Shown: piece by piece, positions 49,801 to 61,800 of the stretch
Numbering within the stretch: the stretch's first letter is position 1
How the letters are laid out: the number at the start of each line of letters is the position of its first letter
IMG/VR virus record: IMGVR_UViG_3300042326_002445
Coordinates: 1 to 64,000 of that record
Length of the DNA stretch: 64,000 nt
Direction: 5' to 3' (one strand)
Position numbers and translations under genes: made by a program
The notes under the pieces: generated by a model
Told to the model about the DNA's origin: nothing
What the model saw: only the letters and a program-made list of their open reading frames with translations
Databases searched by the model: none

Positions 49801-52800
49801 TCATAAAATTGTAAAAAACTATAGTGAGGGTAATCTTTCGCTTTTATGTGTTAGTTTAAATGGAGTGTCTAATCCAGCTAAAGGAATAGAAACAGCTACA
49901 TTGTTAAATACTGATATTTTAGGAAACTCTTATGAAGGTTCAAAGTCCGACTGTGGCGCAAGACAGGATTGCACAGAAGAAGTTTCGCCAGATATTATAG
50001 AAGTTGCAGATTTTCAGACAGTTCCTATTTCTGGTTTTCCAGTTCTTGGATCTAATCAAGTAGAATTTTTTCAGTCTTCCACATTTGCTTTACAATATCA
50101 GTTTAGTGCGTTTGATATGGTTTTGTGGTATGATCAAAACGTAAGAAATTTTCCAGTATCTGCCTCAGAAGTCGGGTCTGAATATTATCCGGGCGGCTCA
50201 TATGAAACTTGCCAGATTTGCACGTTAGGTTCTGGACTTTGCACCAGCACTGTTGACGGTGGCATAAATTGGTTTAAGCGATGGAGCTTACCATCAAGTT
50301 TGACTTACGAACTTTCAACTTTGCCTGCATGTGGTAGCGGAAATACTTCAAAAATAGCTGGCACAAGAGCAGCATTTAAAGAATATTTTGATGTTGATGG
50401 AATGATCAGGGGAATGTCAAGATACAGTCCAGATTGGGCTTTAGTATTTTTACATGGCGGCTCTGAGCCTTTATGGTGGGACACTCAAATCCCAGGGATG
50501 CAGCAGTGGGCCTTGTTAGCAGATGATGGGGAAGAATCTACTTCCATGGGATTGGGATTAGACGTTGTTCAGGCATATAAGGACGCATCTAATAAGTATA
50601 AACAAAAATTAATGGCTTATTTTTTCCCATTTGCTTGGATTGAGCTTGATTCTTCTGTTTATCCATATGCTTTAGACATTTTTGGAAATCATGTTATTGA
50701 AGGTCGTCACGGACCTAATATTAGTTATAGATCTTGTTTCAATAGTGCATTTGTTGAATTACTTGCTAAAATACACGTTGAGATGGCTCAAAAATGCTAT
50801 GATCTAGAAACTGGATATGGGTTTAATGGTTGCATGTGGGATGCAGCTCCATTGTTTTATACACTAGATTTTAGTCCAGATGCAATATCCGCATCTGGTA
50901 TCGATTCAACTACAAACTTTCCATGGCCATTGAATAATCCAGCAGACGGCTCTGACACCACTGCTTTGACTGACTTTGTTAGTAGTGTAACTGCCAATGC
51001 CAACCCTGGAACTTTGCTACTAAGAGATCCCAATCCTTCTTTTGGATGGACTCAGGCAGTAAAAGATAAGCTTCAAGCTTATGTATATGCTTTAAATAAT
51101 AAACAGCCAGATATAGTCAGAACTATAAGAGAGGCAGTTGATCAGGCTGGCTACTCGGAATTTGCTATACTGCATGCAGTAGGAAACTCTCAGCCTTCTT
51201 TTGAATGGCCTGGGAATTCTGAAGACGTTGTTTTGTATGCGTCTGGAGTAAAAACTGAAATCGGTGCAGAAGGGTATGTTCGCAGAAGACAAGCACCTGG
51301 AGTTACGAATAAAACTGGCGCTAAATCAGTGCCAGATCTTTGGCTTGCGATGCATACCGACTTGCTCCTTTCTCAAGCTCGCACAGGCAAGAGGGCTTAT
51401 GGATGGCAGATTGGCCAGTGGTTTATACCAAACTGGATATCTGGGGGTACTTGCGATGATACCTTCAAGTCTTGTTTGACATCTTTTGATAGTGGGTATT
51501 CTGGTAAGGTAGAGTTTAAAAATAATGTTCTTCCAAGAGACATAGCTGTTCGTGGTTGGCTGGAAAATCAATCTCTTCTTGCTCTAGTTTCACATACAAC
51601 TCCAGAATTTATGTATGCGTTTTATGATTGGTACAAATATGACCAAATAGAAGATCTTTCTGGTTTTGAAAATAGTGCTGACGCATTTGCTATTCAACAC
51701 TTACCCTTCATGAGAAGAATCTCGTCCATATTAGGTTCAATAGGTGACGCAAATGTTAGGTTGTTTAATAGAACTAATGTTGCATGGTGCGTAATATTGC
51801 ACAGGCCAGAAGTAGGATGGGGAAGTTATGCTTTTATAAACACTGGGATAAATGAGTCTTATGCTAATTTCTCATATTATTGGCCTATTTTTGGCGCAGT
51901 ACAAACGTGTGTCGAGCACGGCATCCCATATGTAATCGCGCAAGATGATGCATTTACGGTTAATAATTTTACTAATTCTGGCGTTGTTATAGTACCATTT
52001 GATAAAAATTTATTACCCATTTCTGCAAGACAAGAATTAGACAGTTTTAATGGACATGTAATATACTTGCAAGATGAAATTGCAAATGGTCAAGTTGATG
52101 ACAATTTCCATAATACGGAATTAGTTGGGAATAAGACTAGAGGGCAAGTTGCAAGAGACCAGCTATGGACGTTAATTCAGCAAGGTTCAAGAAATATCGT
52201 ATTACAGACAGAATTTTCTTATCCAGATAGTTTGCCTGAAAAACCAGTTCCTATAGCAGGATATGAAATAGGATTAGACTCATATGGGAATGAATCATTG
52301 CTTGTTACGCTTATTGCAGATGCTGCATGGCATGATGCAAGAAAGTTTGGCTTCTTTGGGCTTACGACAAATAATTATCCTATTAATGGAACATGTGGTA
52401 GGCAAAATCTGCTACTAGCTTCTCCAAATGATCCAGAGAATGATCTGGTAAGTTCGTTGGGTTTAAGGAAGATTTTAGATGTTTGCAGTTGCACTTATTC
52501 TGATACTTTTACGACTATCAACACCCTTGCTGGAAGAGATTGTTATTATGTTGAGCACGCTGCTGCAGGAGCTATTCCAGTAGATGTATTACCAGCAAGA
52601 GGAAAGTTAAACTACTATGCAGGATATCCTCCAGTTTGGAACAGCAATAGAGGTGCTAGAATAACTTTCAATGCATCTCAGTCTCCTTATAGATTACGTC
52701 AATTACTACTTGATAAAGAAAGTGGAATATTTGGACCAGTTGATATGTTTGTTAATGGGGATATGATAGATGTTGTACCTTTTGAAATAGGTTCAGTTGT

Positions 52801-55800
52801 TCAGGTTCAAATGAAAAACGAACAGATTATCCCACATGTTGGAATTTGCGTTAATCAAGATTCTCTTAAAATTTCTAACAATAATGAATTTGCTAATTTA
52901 CTTAATGATTTACAATCTCAGCCGACTTCATTTAACGTGATTAAGATTAGATTGGTGTGCGGCAATTCCTTAGTGGAAAGCGAAGTAGTTGCAAATACAA
53001 TATTTTCAGAGCTAGAGAGTCATGCTCGATCTAATCCTGACGCATATGACTGGTTGCGAAACTGTATTGGAGAAATTGGATATCCGACTTCTCACACTTT
53101 GTTGGGATTTTTAGAGTCTACTGAAGTTAACCCTTGTGGTAATGGCGATTTTTCTATAGGTGGAATTGTCATTCAAAATGAGGGGATTTGTACTATAGCT
53201 TCTAACCTGCCATCGCTATCTTCTCTTTATCAGGAAGTTAATGCTAATAGCGCATGCGAGTGCGAAAGCTCTTCAACTTACAAGATTTATGCTTCAAAAG
53301 CAAAAATAGACAGATCTTTAAATCCTGATGATGGCTCTTCTTGGGCAAGTTTTGTAGAAAATGAAATATCTTCTGTCTCAGACATATCAAATGGTTTGAT
53401 GCTTTTTATTAAACCGGTAAGTGATAATTCAAGTATTTACTACAATATTGACTCTAATGGCATGCCAATCATAGATGGTGTAGTAAAATATATTTCTGAT
53501 ATAAATGACGCAATATTTAATTACACTTTAGGCGAGAAAGACATCACAGATTACTATGCGGGTGTTGTAATAGATTTTAATCACTTATTTAACATAAACG
53601 ATAATCAGAGCTCCCTACACGCCTACGCTTGCTCGTACCCATTTACAATAAATTCGCAGGGTTCAGATTCTTATGATAATGTTAGAAGAGCAATAGCTTA
53701 TGTGAATGGTAATTTGATAGCACTGATTAATGCAATTAAATTTATTAATCAAAACATTTCTGTATCTATTAGAGGTCTTGGAAGAATTAATGACAGTGAT
53801 TTTGAAGAAAGCATGACATCTAAAACTCCTTATTCTGCCATTAATTGCACCCCTAATGCTAGAAAAGAATTGAGTAAAAGAGTATCTGAATTTTATGGAC
53901 CTTTGTTGGAAGCATGTGACTTTATTTACTTGTGGAACGGGAATGAAAGTGCAGAGCCTGATCTTTCTTCAGCTCTTGATTCGGTCTCTGCATCAAAGCT
54001 AAGACTTTCATGTTTGGTTAAACATTTTGAATATAGACAAGCAGATTGTCCATCTATATTTGTTGAAATTAATGGAGTTCATTTATCTTCTGACGGTTTA
54101 GGTCAGAATGATTATTGTAAAGTTTCTAATGCAGAAATTATTAAAGAATCTATTGATCCTTTTACCAACAAAAACATAGATGGGTTTGTATATTATTCAG
54201 AGCAAGAAAACATAGAAAAATTAATTTTTGAAAATTGTCCCATTTCTATTTCTAATCCTGAAGTATATGGTGCAGTAAATAGCTGTTGGGACTTGTCTAT
54301 AGATGGCTGCTCAGATCAGTCCACATTGATTGATGTTTTTGAGACTTCAATATATAATAATATATCATTTATTAATTCTTATATTAATAATACTAGCAGT
54401 AATCTTTATGTTCCATTAATTATCATGATTGGAGAATCTAATTCTGGTGGTTTGGCTAGAAATTCTCAAGCATTGCCTGAAGAACTTGGTATTAGACCAG
54501 AAGTAAAGATACTAAATAATTATACTTTAAATTTTGAAAATCTTAATATTTCGTCAAGTGGAAACAATATATTAGATCATCGTGGTCCGAATGGCATACC
54601 AGATGTAACAGATTCTGTATGGAATAGCAATGGAGGTTCTCCTCATGGCTGGGAGCTGGGTCTTGCCAATGCAGTTAGAGATAAAATGTTCTCTAGGGAT
54701 GTTGCATATCTCATCAAGGCTGGTCACGGTGGGTCTAAAATAGGAGATGACAGTATACCTGGAGATTGGGACACTTCAGGAATTTACTGGAACTTGTTCT
54801 TGCAAAGATACTCTGCAGCAATTTCGGAACTCAATGTTGACGGGTATTCTCCTCAGACATATATATGGTACGAAATAGGAATTAATGATTGCATATCAAA
54901 TGTTAACGTTGATCAGTGGAAAAATAAATTAGTACAAAAAATTAATAATATTAGATCAGTGACGGGAGTAAATTCTCCAGTATTTATTACTTTGCTGCCC
55001 GATGTAGCAAAAACTGGAGATTTAACTGATAGCATATCTGATTTTAATAATGCTATATTAGAAATATGTGTTGATCAACAGCTAGTATATTGGGTTAAGT
55101 CAGATGACGCTCATTTAAGATTCAACGACATATATCACTGGGATTACTATGGAATGAAGCTTATCTCCAGCAGAATGTCTAAGCTCTCTGCAAATACGAT
55201 AGGAGAAGGCGGAAATTATGTCGTTAGTCTAGATAACCCGCCTTTGCAGCCAGATTATTCTGATTACAGACCAATTGTGGCTGCTGTCCCTTATAATGAA
55301 GAACCTGACCCAGTACTTGAGTTCGTATATCCAGTATTCACGGTGAGAGGAAGGCTTTCTGGAGGTCCTACTTTAGATGAGCCAGGTACAGGCCCTACTC
55401 CAAGCCATATTGGTAATCCATCTGATGCTATTGGCTTCTTTAATGCCAGAGGAATACCAGCAGTAAAAAGATTTGTATTTTATTTTAATATTGGATCATC
55501 TACTTTTGACGGCGTATTTGCCGATCCAATTTACAATCAAACTTATGATAAATTATACAATCCTGCAGATAGTTGCATAAATGTAAATGGGGAAATAGTA
55601 AAACAAGACACTTTAGATCCCAGAGAAGGATCAAATCCAACTTTTAGAGGAAATCTTCCTTTTATATCACCATGGACGCTTGGAGCTAACACAAGATTAG
55701 AGCAATTTACCAGACAGTGGGTTGCAGAATATAAAAACTTGAATGGAAAGATATACGGTTTTATATCAGATAATGAGTCTTTAAATCCAACTGGATTTTG

Positions 55801-58800
55801 GGCTGAAAGCTCTTTAAGATATGATAATAACAACACCTCTAGAATACCACACTTTACAAAAATAATAAATGATCCAAGAGCATCTTTAACTGATTCCAGT
55901 GCTGGATATGCCTCAGAAATAAATCAAACTTTAGTTCAACAGTTAAGGTTAAATGATTTCTACAATATTAATGATTTTGATGTGGTTGACACAAAGACTG
56001 TAGACGACCCTCAGTTTAGGGGCGGATATTTGCATTGGGATTACGTGATGTATAGGCATGCTATTTGGTATGCGCAAAAACATTGGTATGATGTTATTAG
56101 CGAATATTTCCCAGGCCATAATTCAACCCATGTATGGACTTTTTATGTGCCAAAAGAGGACCATTTTAATGATATGAATGGGCATATCACATATCGAGAC
56201 ATGCTTTGTGGAGATACTGCCAATCCTTTACTTTTTGCAGAAGCTGGTGGCATTAGCGTAAACAGTGAAATAGATCCAAATAATAAAACTCGCACAAGAT
56301 TTCTTTCTCAATACAATCCCGGAGGCACTCCTTTTGGCTCAAGAGCATGGAATGCTCTTTTGCTTCAACAGCAAGAAATTAAAGCTATTAGGAGGCATGG
56401 GGAGAACCAGAAGTTTATACCATGGATAGGTAGTAGAAACTTAACTCTTAATAATGCCTTTGGTGGTAAAAATGATGTTAACCATAATTCTCTATGGGCT
56501 GAAGGCGTGTATCATTTAGCTCTACATAATCCTAATGCTATATACATGTTCTATCCAAGAAATTCAGATGGAGCTGGAGATACTGCTTGGTATCCTGAAA
56601 ATGGTTTAGTCTCTTATCAGCTACTCAACTCAATACTTAAAGAAGTTAATCAGCGAACTGGAAACAAGATTATATCTCTTGTAGAAAGTTCTGTGCAAAG
56701 AATAGATCTAGATTCTAAAGTACTTATAACTGGATGCAAAACTATTAAGAATAAGCATTTGTGGAGAATAACAGCTGATGTTATTAATGTGAACGAAGTA
56801 ATTATTGATGGTAATGTTTTTGCGGTTGATTCTAACTCTCCTGCTATTTGGTATGAAACAGAAATTAATGTTGGTTCTATAGATATTTTATCATATAATG
56901 CGGCGACTAAGTCAATTATACTTATTTCTTCAGTTGCTGAGGGACCTTTGTGCAAGCAGTGCTTGACCTATAGGGTCGCTCCAGCATTTACTGCTGACGA
57001 GATTAGTGTAGACAGTAGTTCTCTTCCTCAAAATGTAAGTAAGATGATACAAATTAGTGATAAATATCTCACTAGGAATTCTTACGATGAGGCAGACTCG
57101 TGTGGCGCAGGTGTATTCAGAATAAATGCTTGCCAAAGATATGCATTTTATGAAAACGACAATTTACGTTATAATTACAATGGCGCGATTAACTATATTA
57201 ATGAAGTTGTGCTAAAAAATAGTGATGTTAATCTGATCGACTACACAGGTTATATTGGTGCAGAATTTTCAAAGATAAAGCAGTTGTTTGTTGAGTACCT
57301 TTCTAATGCTTCTGGGCTAGCAGTAATGGGAGATTCTCTGCAATCTGGCATATCTCAAATGTTTGAAAATATTCAGGCAATAAAGAATTCTTCTCCTAAA
57401 GCAAAAGTAGGCTTATTAAATTGTCCTGTTGTTCCTTTTATTGCACCTAATATAACTTGGTCTTCTGCTAGTGATTCTGTAAAGTTCAACTATATAGATA
57501 AATGTGCTTCAATTATAGAAGACGTAATTTCAGAATCTGATTTTATATGCTTAGATCTTCGTCAGGAAATTTCAGTAAAAAATACTGAAGAATACGCTGA
57601 ATACCTGGCCTACATTAGATCTGTTAGTAAGGGCTTTAATGATTGGTTGGCATCCAAAAATCTAGTTAAAACAATTTTTGGTATTGTTTCAAAAGAAAGT
57701 TATGTAGACTTTAATGCCTTACCTGGTTATCAGTATAGACAGTCAGTAGCGATTACAGCAGATTATGTTCATGGTTTTATAGATAGTTCAGACGTTATTC
57801 TTAGATGGCTGGAATTGTTTGACTCAGATTCTTCTAATGATAATGGGGCTTTGTCTGCAATTTCAAATGTCATTGGTTTTGAAATAAGCGGTGCAGACAG
57901 TACTAGTTATAACGCAATTGCTGCTTATGGATTAAATAATCTTGCTGAGTTAAAATCTGAAATTTCTAGAAATTGCAGATCATATAACTCTACTAATGAC
58001 AACGTTAACACTATAGGTTTTAGACCTTCAAGAGGTCCTGATTATCCTGAATGGTTATCCAATTCTAGTCTGGCTATGAAATTTAATTTAACTGCAGAGG
58101 ATATAAAATCTTGTGCAGCTTTAGCGGTTCCGCATATGCCAGCATCTTCTTCAGTTCCAGTAGATGATGTCATTGTATGTTCTTTTATAAATACACAGTA
58201 TATTTCTACAAGTAGTCTATATGATATTCAAACTTCTTTGCCTTGCAGTACTACAAGAAATATAAATACTGCAAGATCTTCTTTCTTAAATGGATTAAAA
58301 ATTCAAGATTTCGTAGATTATGCGCAAAGTTATTCCCCAGATATACTTGTATTTAATGCTCATCAATATGATGAGCCATTGTGGTATGCAACTGATACAG
58401 CAATTGGACAATGGAATATTTTGACAAATGATCCACGGTATGGTCTAGGATTTGGTGTTGATATTCTGCTTTCTTACTCTGTAGCTGCAAATTTTATAAA
58501 TGCTAGGTGTATCGTGGAAATAAATCCATGTTCATTTGTTACCTTGCCTGCCGCCAAGTATCCATATAGTCTTAATTGTTTTGGCGGGATTATAAAAGAA
58601 AACTTTGATGGCGGAATCAATATATCTATAAGAAGTTTTTTGAACCAAGATTATGTAGATTTAACTTTTGATTATCATAATGAAATATTTGATAAAGGTA
58701 TAGACGGGATAATGTGGAGTAGAGAAGTAGTTTCAAAATTTGGAGATTTTTCTACAAATGTAATTGAAAAGTTTGCTAGATATTTAGGTTATGAAAATAT

Positions 58801-61800
58801 TGATGACTCAGAATTTAAAGAAAAGTTTCCATTCCCAGTTGCTTGTGGATCTATTTTAGGAAATTACTTATATAATGCTGCTGGCTTTACTGGAAGTTGC
58901 GATTCTTCTGCAAATATAAGTGTTGAAGACATTGCATTTAAAATCCCAACATTTGGCACCATATTCACTCAAGACATAAAAAATACCGTTATAGAATATC
59001 ATGCTTTTTGTCACAATTTAGCTAATACAAATATACTGTATTTGCAAAGTAAAATTAACGAATACTATGGATCTAGAGTAAAGGCCATAATTCCTCACGT
59101 TGAAAATGATATATTTTATAATTGGAAGTCTTGTTTAAGCGCTGAGATTTCAAATTACTCTAGTATTGTTAGTACAAATTCAGGAATTGAAAAACAAGCT
59201 CGTTCAAGGAGAATCCAAAATCCCAGCGCAGCTAGTAATACAGTAGATATACAAAGACCTGGCGCTGCGACCGTAGAAAATTTTGGACTTGACTTACTTT
59301 CATCTGCAGATGGTAAGAAAATTATTGTCAAGAAAATTCCAAATATACTTAGATACAGAGACACTGATTTTAGTAGCTTGTGGAATGAATTTGACAATGT
59401 TAATTCTACTAATATAGTAGAAGATGGCATCGTGAGAGAGGATGGCATTAAGGGCCATTTGGCTTCCTGTGTATTTGACTACATGCGCGCCGGTCATATT
59501 GTTATGTTAGATATGCCAAGCTGGAGTACATATAAGGATGATGGAGATACTTTATCAAATTCTTATATAAATAGCGACCCTCCCAGAAATGATATGCCAT
59601 TTATATTAAATGTCATAGATCTCAATAATCAGTTGAAGCAAAACGTATCTAGTTTATATAGACAAAACAAGCATGCTTGGATTGGTATACATTATGCAAA
59701 CAGAGCAAGAAAGTATATTCATGTATCAGATGCAGTCTCTTCAAATGGTCAAGAGTTTTACAGTGACATTAATCTTGACCTTTCTCGCTATGGCTATTCT
59801 GGAAATATGACAATAGGAGAATTTGCGTGGCCAATAATAGGAGCATACGAAACTTGCATATACAGTGGAATTTCTTCTGCAGTTATTAATGATTCTAGTT
59901 TAGAAAATGGTGATTTTTCTAGTCTAAAATTAATAATTATTCCGCATAGAAAACTTCTTAATAGTTTGCAAAAAGATAAGCTCAATCAATTTGAGGGTTC
60001 TGTAATTTATTTAGAAGATTTGTTGAGTCAAACAGGAAATCGCTGGTATAGTACGGCAAGCGATTTATCTGAATCCACGCCCGATTACGTTACTTTATAT
60101 AATTTGCTTTCTTTGCGGATCAAGAACTTAGTTGGCAGTTCTCCAATAAAAGTAAAATTAAATGTTGACAATTCTATAGTGACTGATTCTGGTAAGTACT
60201 TTTTGAAACCATCAAGTGTTTTTGACGCAGGCTTAAATAGCGATGTGCATAGAATCGTCGTGTGTGTTTCTAATGATAGAAATTGGGCTGATGTTAGAAA
60301 TAATACAAATGAAAATGGCATTTTTGGATTGACATCAAGAAACAATGATTTGTTAAATACTCAATCTGCTAATCAAATTTTCTCTAGTATTTATAGTAAT
60401 GACTCATTCTATGCAGATGGCTCTTATCCAGTTTTGGGTCAGTTTGCATATTATGCAGGAGATCCTCCAGCTGGATTTGGCAAAAGTTTCTCTGTATTTA
60501 TAACTTTCAACAATTATATATCTTTGGTGTCTGCTAAACAGATATCTTTAAATTTTGCTGATAATACTGTAGATAGTAAAGTTGTTTCTTGGTCTAACGG
60601 CTCAAGCGGTCAGTCAATATCTTCTAATTTTATATCTGATTTTTCTTGGTTTGAAATAGAATTTAAGTACGAAACGCCGCCTTCTAGTTCAAGCAGCAGT
60701 AGTTCAAGCAGTAGCAGTAGTTCAAGCAGCAGTAGTTCAAGCAGCAGTAGTTCAAGCAGCAGTAGTTCTAGCAGCAGTAGTTCAAGTTCTGGGTGTGTTG
60801 TTTGGACTGGTCCTGGCTGCCCGGACATGGATGGTGACGGGTTTGTTGGTGGTGCAGACCTTGGAGTATATTTCAGTGCTTTTACAGATTATAACCCGAT
60901 TGCTGACTTAAATGGAGATGGCGTTGTTAACGGAGCGGATCTTGGTATTCTTCAATCATATTGGGGTTCGTGCGTCGAATGTCCTAATTGGAACGGTAGC
61001 AGTAGTTCAAGCAGTAGTTCAAGCAGTAGTTCAAGCAGTAGTTCAAGCAGCAGTAGTTCAAGCAGCAGTAGTTCAAGCAGTAGTAGTTCAAGCAGTAGTT
61101 CAAGCAGTAGTTCAAGTTCTGGGTGCATTGTGTGGAATGGTCCTGGCTGCCCGGATGCAAATCAGGATGGAGTAGTAAATCAGTTTGATTTCGACATATT
61201 CTTGGCTTCTCAAGAAGAGTATAATCCTATTGCAGATCTTAACGGTGATGGTTTCGTAAATGGTAATGACATAGGTGTTTTACTTTCTTTTTGGGATAAT
61301 TGTGTTATATGCCCTAATTGGCCTCCTAGTTCTTCTAGTTCTTCTTCTAGTTCTTCTTCTAGTTCTTCTAGTTCTTCTTCTAGTTCTTCTTCTAGTTCTT
61401 CTTCTAGTTCTTCTTCTAGTTCTTCTTCTAGTTCTTCTTCTAGTTCTATTAATTTGTTTGGGGTTTTAAATACAAGGTCTGCTGTTGGGCCAAATCAGCC
61501 TTCATGGTGGTCTACTGCAAATGTGCATTTTCAATCCTTTAATCCATATGCAACGATCAAGCAGATTTATGAAGGCAATATGGAGGAATCTGCTTCGGCT
61601 TTAATTGAGCCATCATTATTGCTAGCATACGACAATCCATCTTCTGGTTGTTCCGTAAGGCCATATTATAGTTCAAGTCCAAACGGATATCCGCCTGGTT
61701 ATGAATTTGTTTATAGGTCAGAATATAATTGGATTCGAGTTGAAGGAAGTAATTTTAAGGAAAGATTTAATAATGGGCTTAATCGATGGTTTAATCCTGA

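Noticed and set aside
60610-61469. Leu/Val-rich, membrane-like small ORFs (60610..60828, 60912..61175, 61275..61469)
   Set aside because: These are alternative-frame readings of the poly-Ser microsatellites.
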